A stretch of DNA of 35,322 nt, taken from the IMG/VR virus record IMGVR_UViG_3300025392_000291, positions 1 to 35,322 of that record; one strand, given 5' to 3'. The stretch comes from a virus. Lineage: Duplodnaviria > Caudoviricetes. The translations under genes and the position numbers were made by a program. The notes beneath the pieces are model-generated. The model did no database searches. It saw nothing but the letters and a program-made list of their open reading frames with translations, and had not been told where the DNA came from. Numbering within the stretch: the first letter of the stretch is position 1; the number at the start of each line of letters is the position of its first letter. Positions 35,146-35,322 of the stretch are shown piece after piece.

Positions 35146-35322
35146 GTCTGTCCCCAACAGTATCTCTAAACTCTAAACATCAATCTAATACTTTTCAAGC
35201 CAATATGGAAATTTTTTTTGGGGAAGGAAAGATGTGGGGGTCACACATCACACCCCCCCATGGACCATCTCTCAGGCCATTTCACACGCCTATTCTGTAT
35301 ATATATTACATAACACAACCAC

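Noticed and set aside
35211-35262. T/G/C runs and GATGTG/CACATC hairpin at the right end
   Set aside because: Too short to assign; could relate to a pac site or late promoter but unsupported
1-35322. Direct terminal repeats or circular overlap
   Set aside because: No matching sequence seen between the two ends, so completeness is unproven

Overview
The window looks like a complete or nearly complete ~35 kb tailed phage genome with podovirus-type morphogenesis: TerL, portal, scaffold, capsid, adaptor, nozzle, fibres and ejection proteins, but no tape measure or sheath. The host is probably an alphaproteobacterium (inferred from gene families, not certain). Layout: (1) early + block with ArdC and a lipoprotein lytic transglycosylase; (2) a - strand replication block (RHH regulator, DnaA C-terminal-domain protein, winged HTH, DUF1376 initiator); (3) a + strand recombination/accessory block (YqaJ, RecT-like, SSB-like, RusA, DUF551 cassettes, glycosyltransferase); (4) a long - strand late operon ending in a lysis cassette, with an atypical initiator tRNA upstream of TerL. 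I see no integrase, DNA polymerase, helicase or CRISPR. The most interesting unannotated signals are: three tiny Arg/Lys-rich protamine-like ORFs (14, 10, 10 aa), each with its own RBS and followed by an H-type pseudoknot, between the portal and scaffold/capsid genes; two perfect DnaA boxes inside the gene encoding a DnaA DNA-binding domain; RBS/stop/start boundary repeats that delimit accessory gene cassettes; a multi-hairpin leader occluding the start of the replication genes; and a tRNA-fMet with a swapped D/T-loop elbow. All family assignments come from motif recognition by eye; no searches were run.
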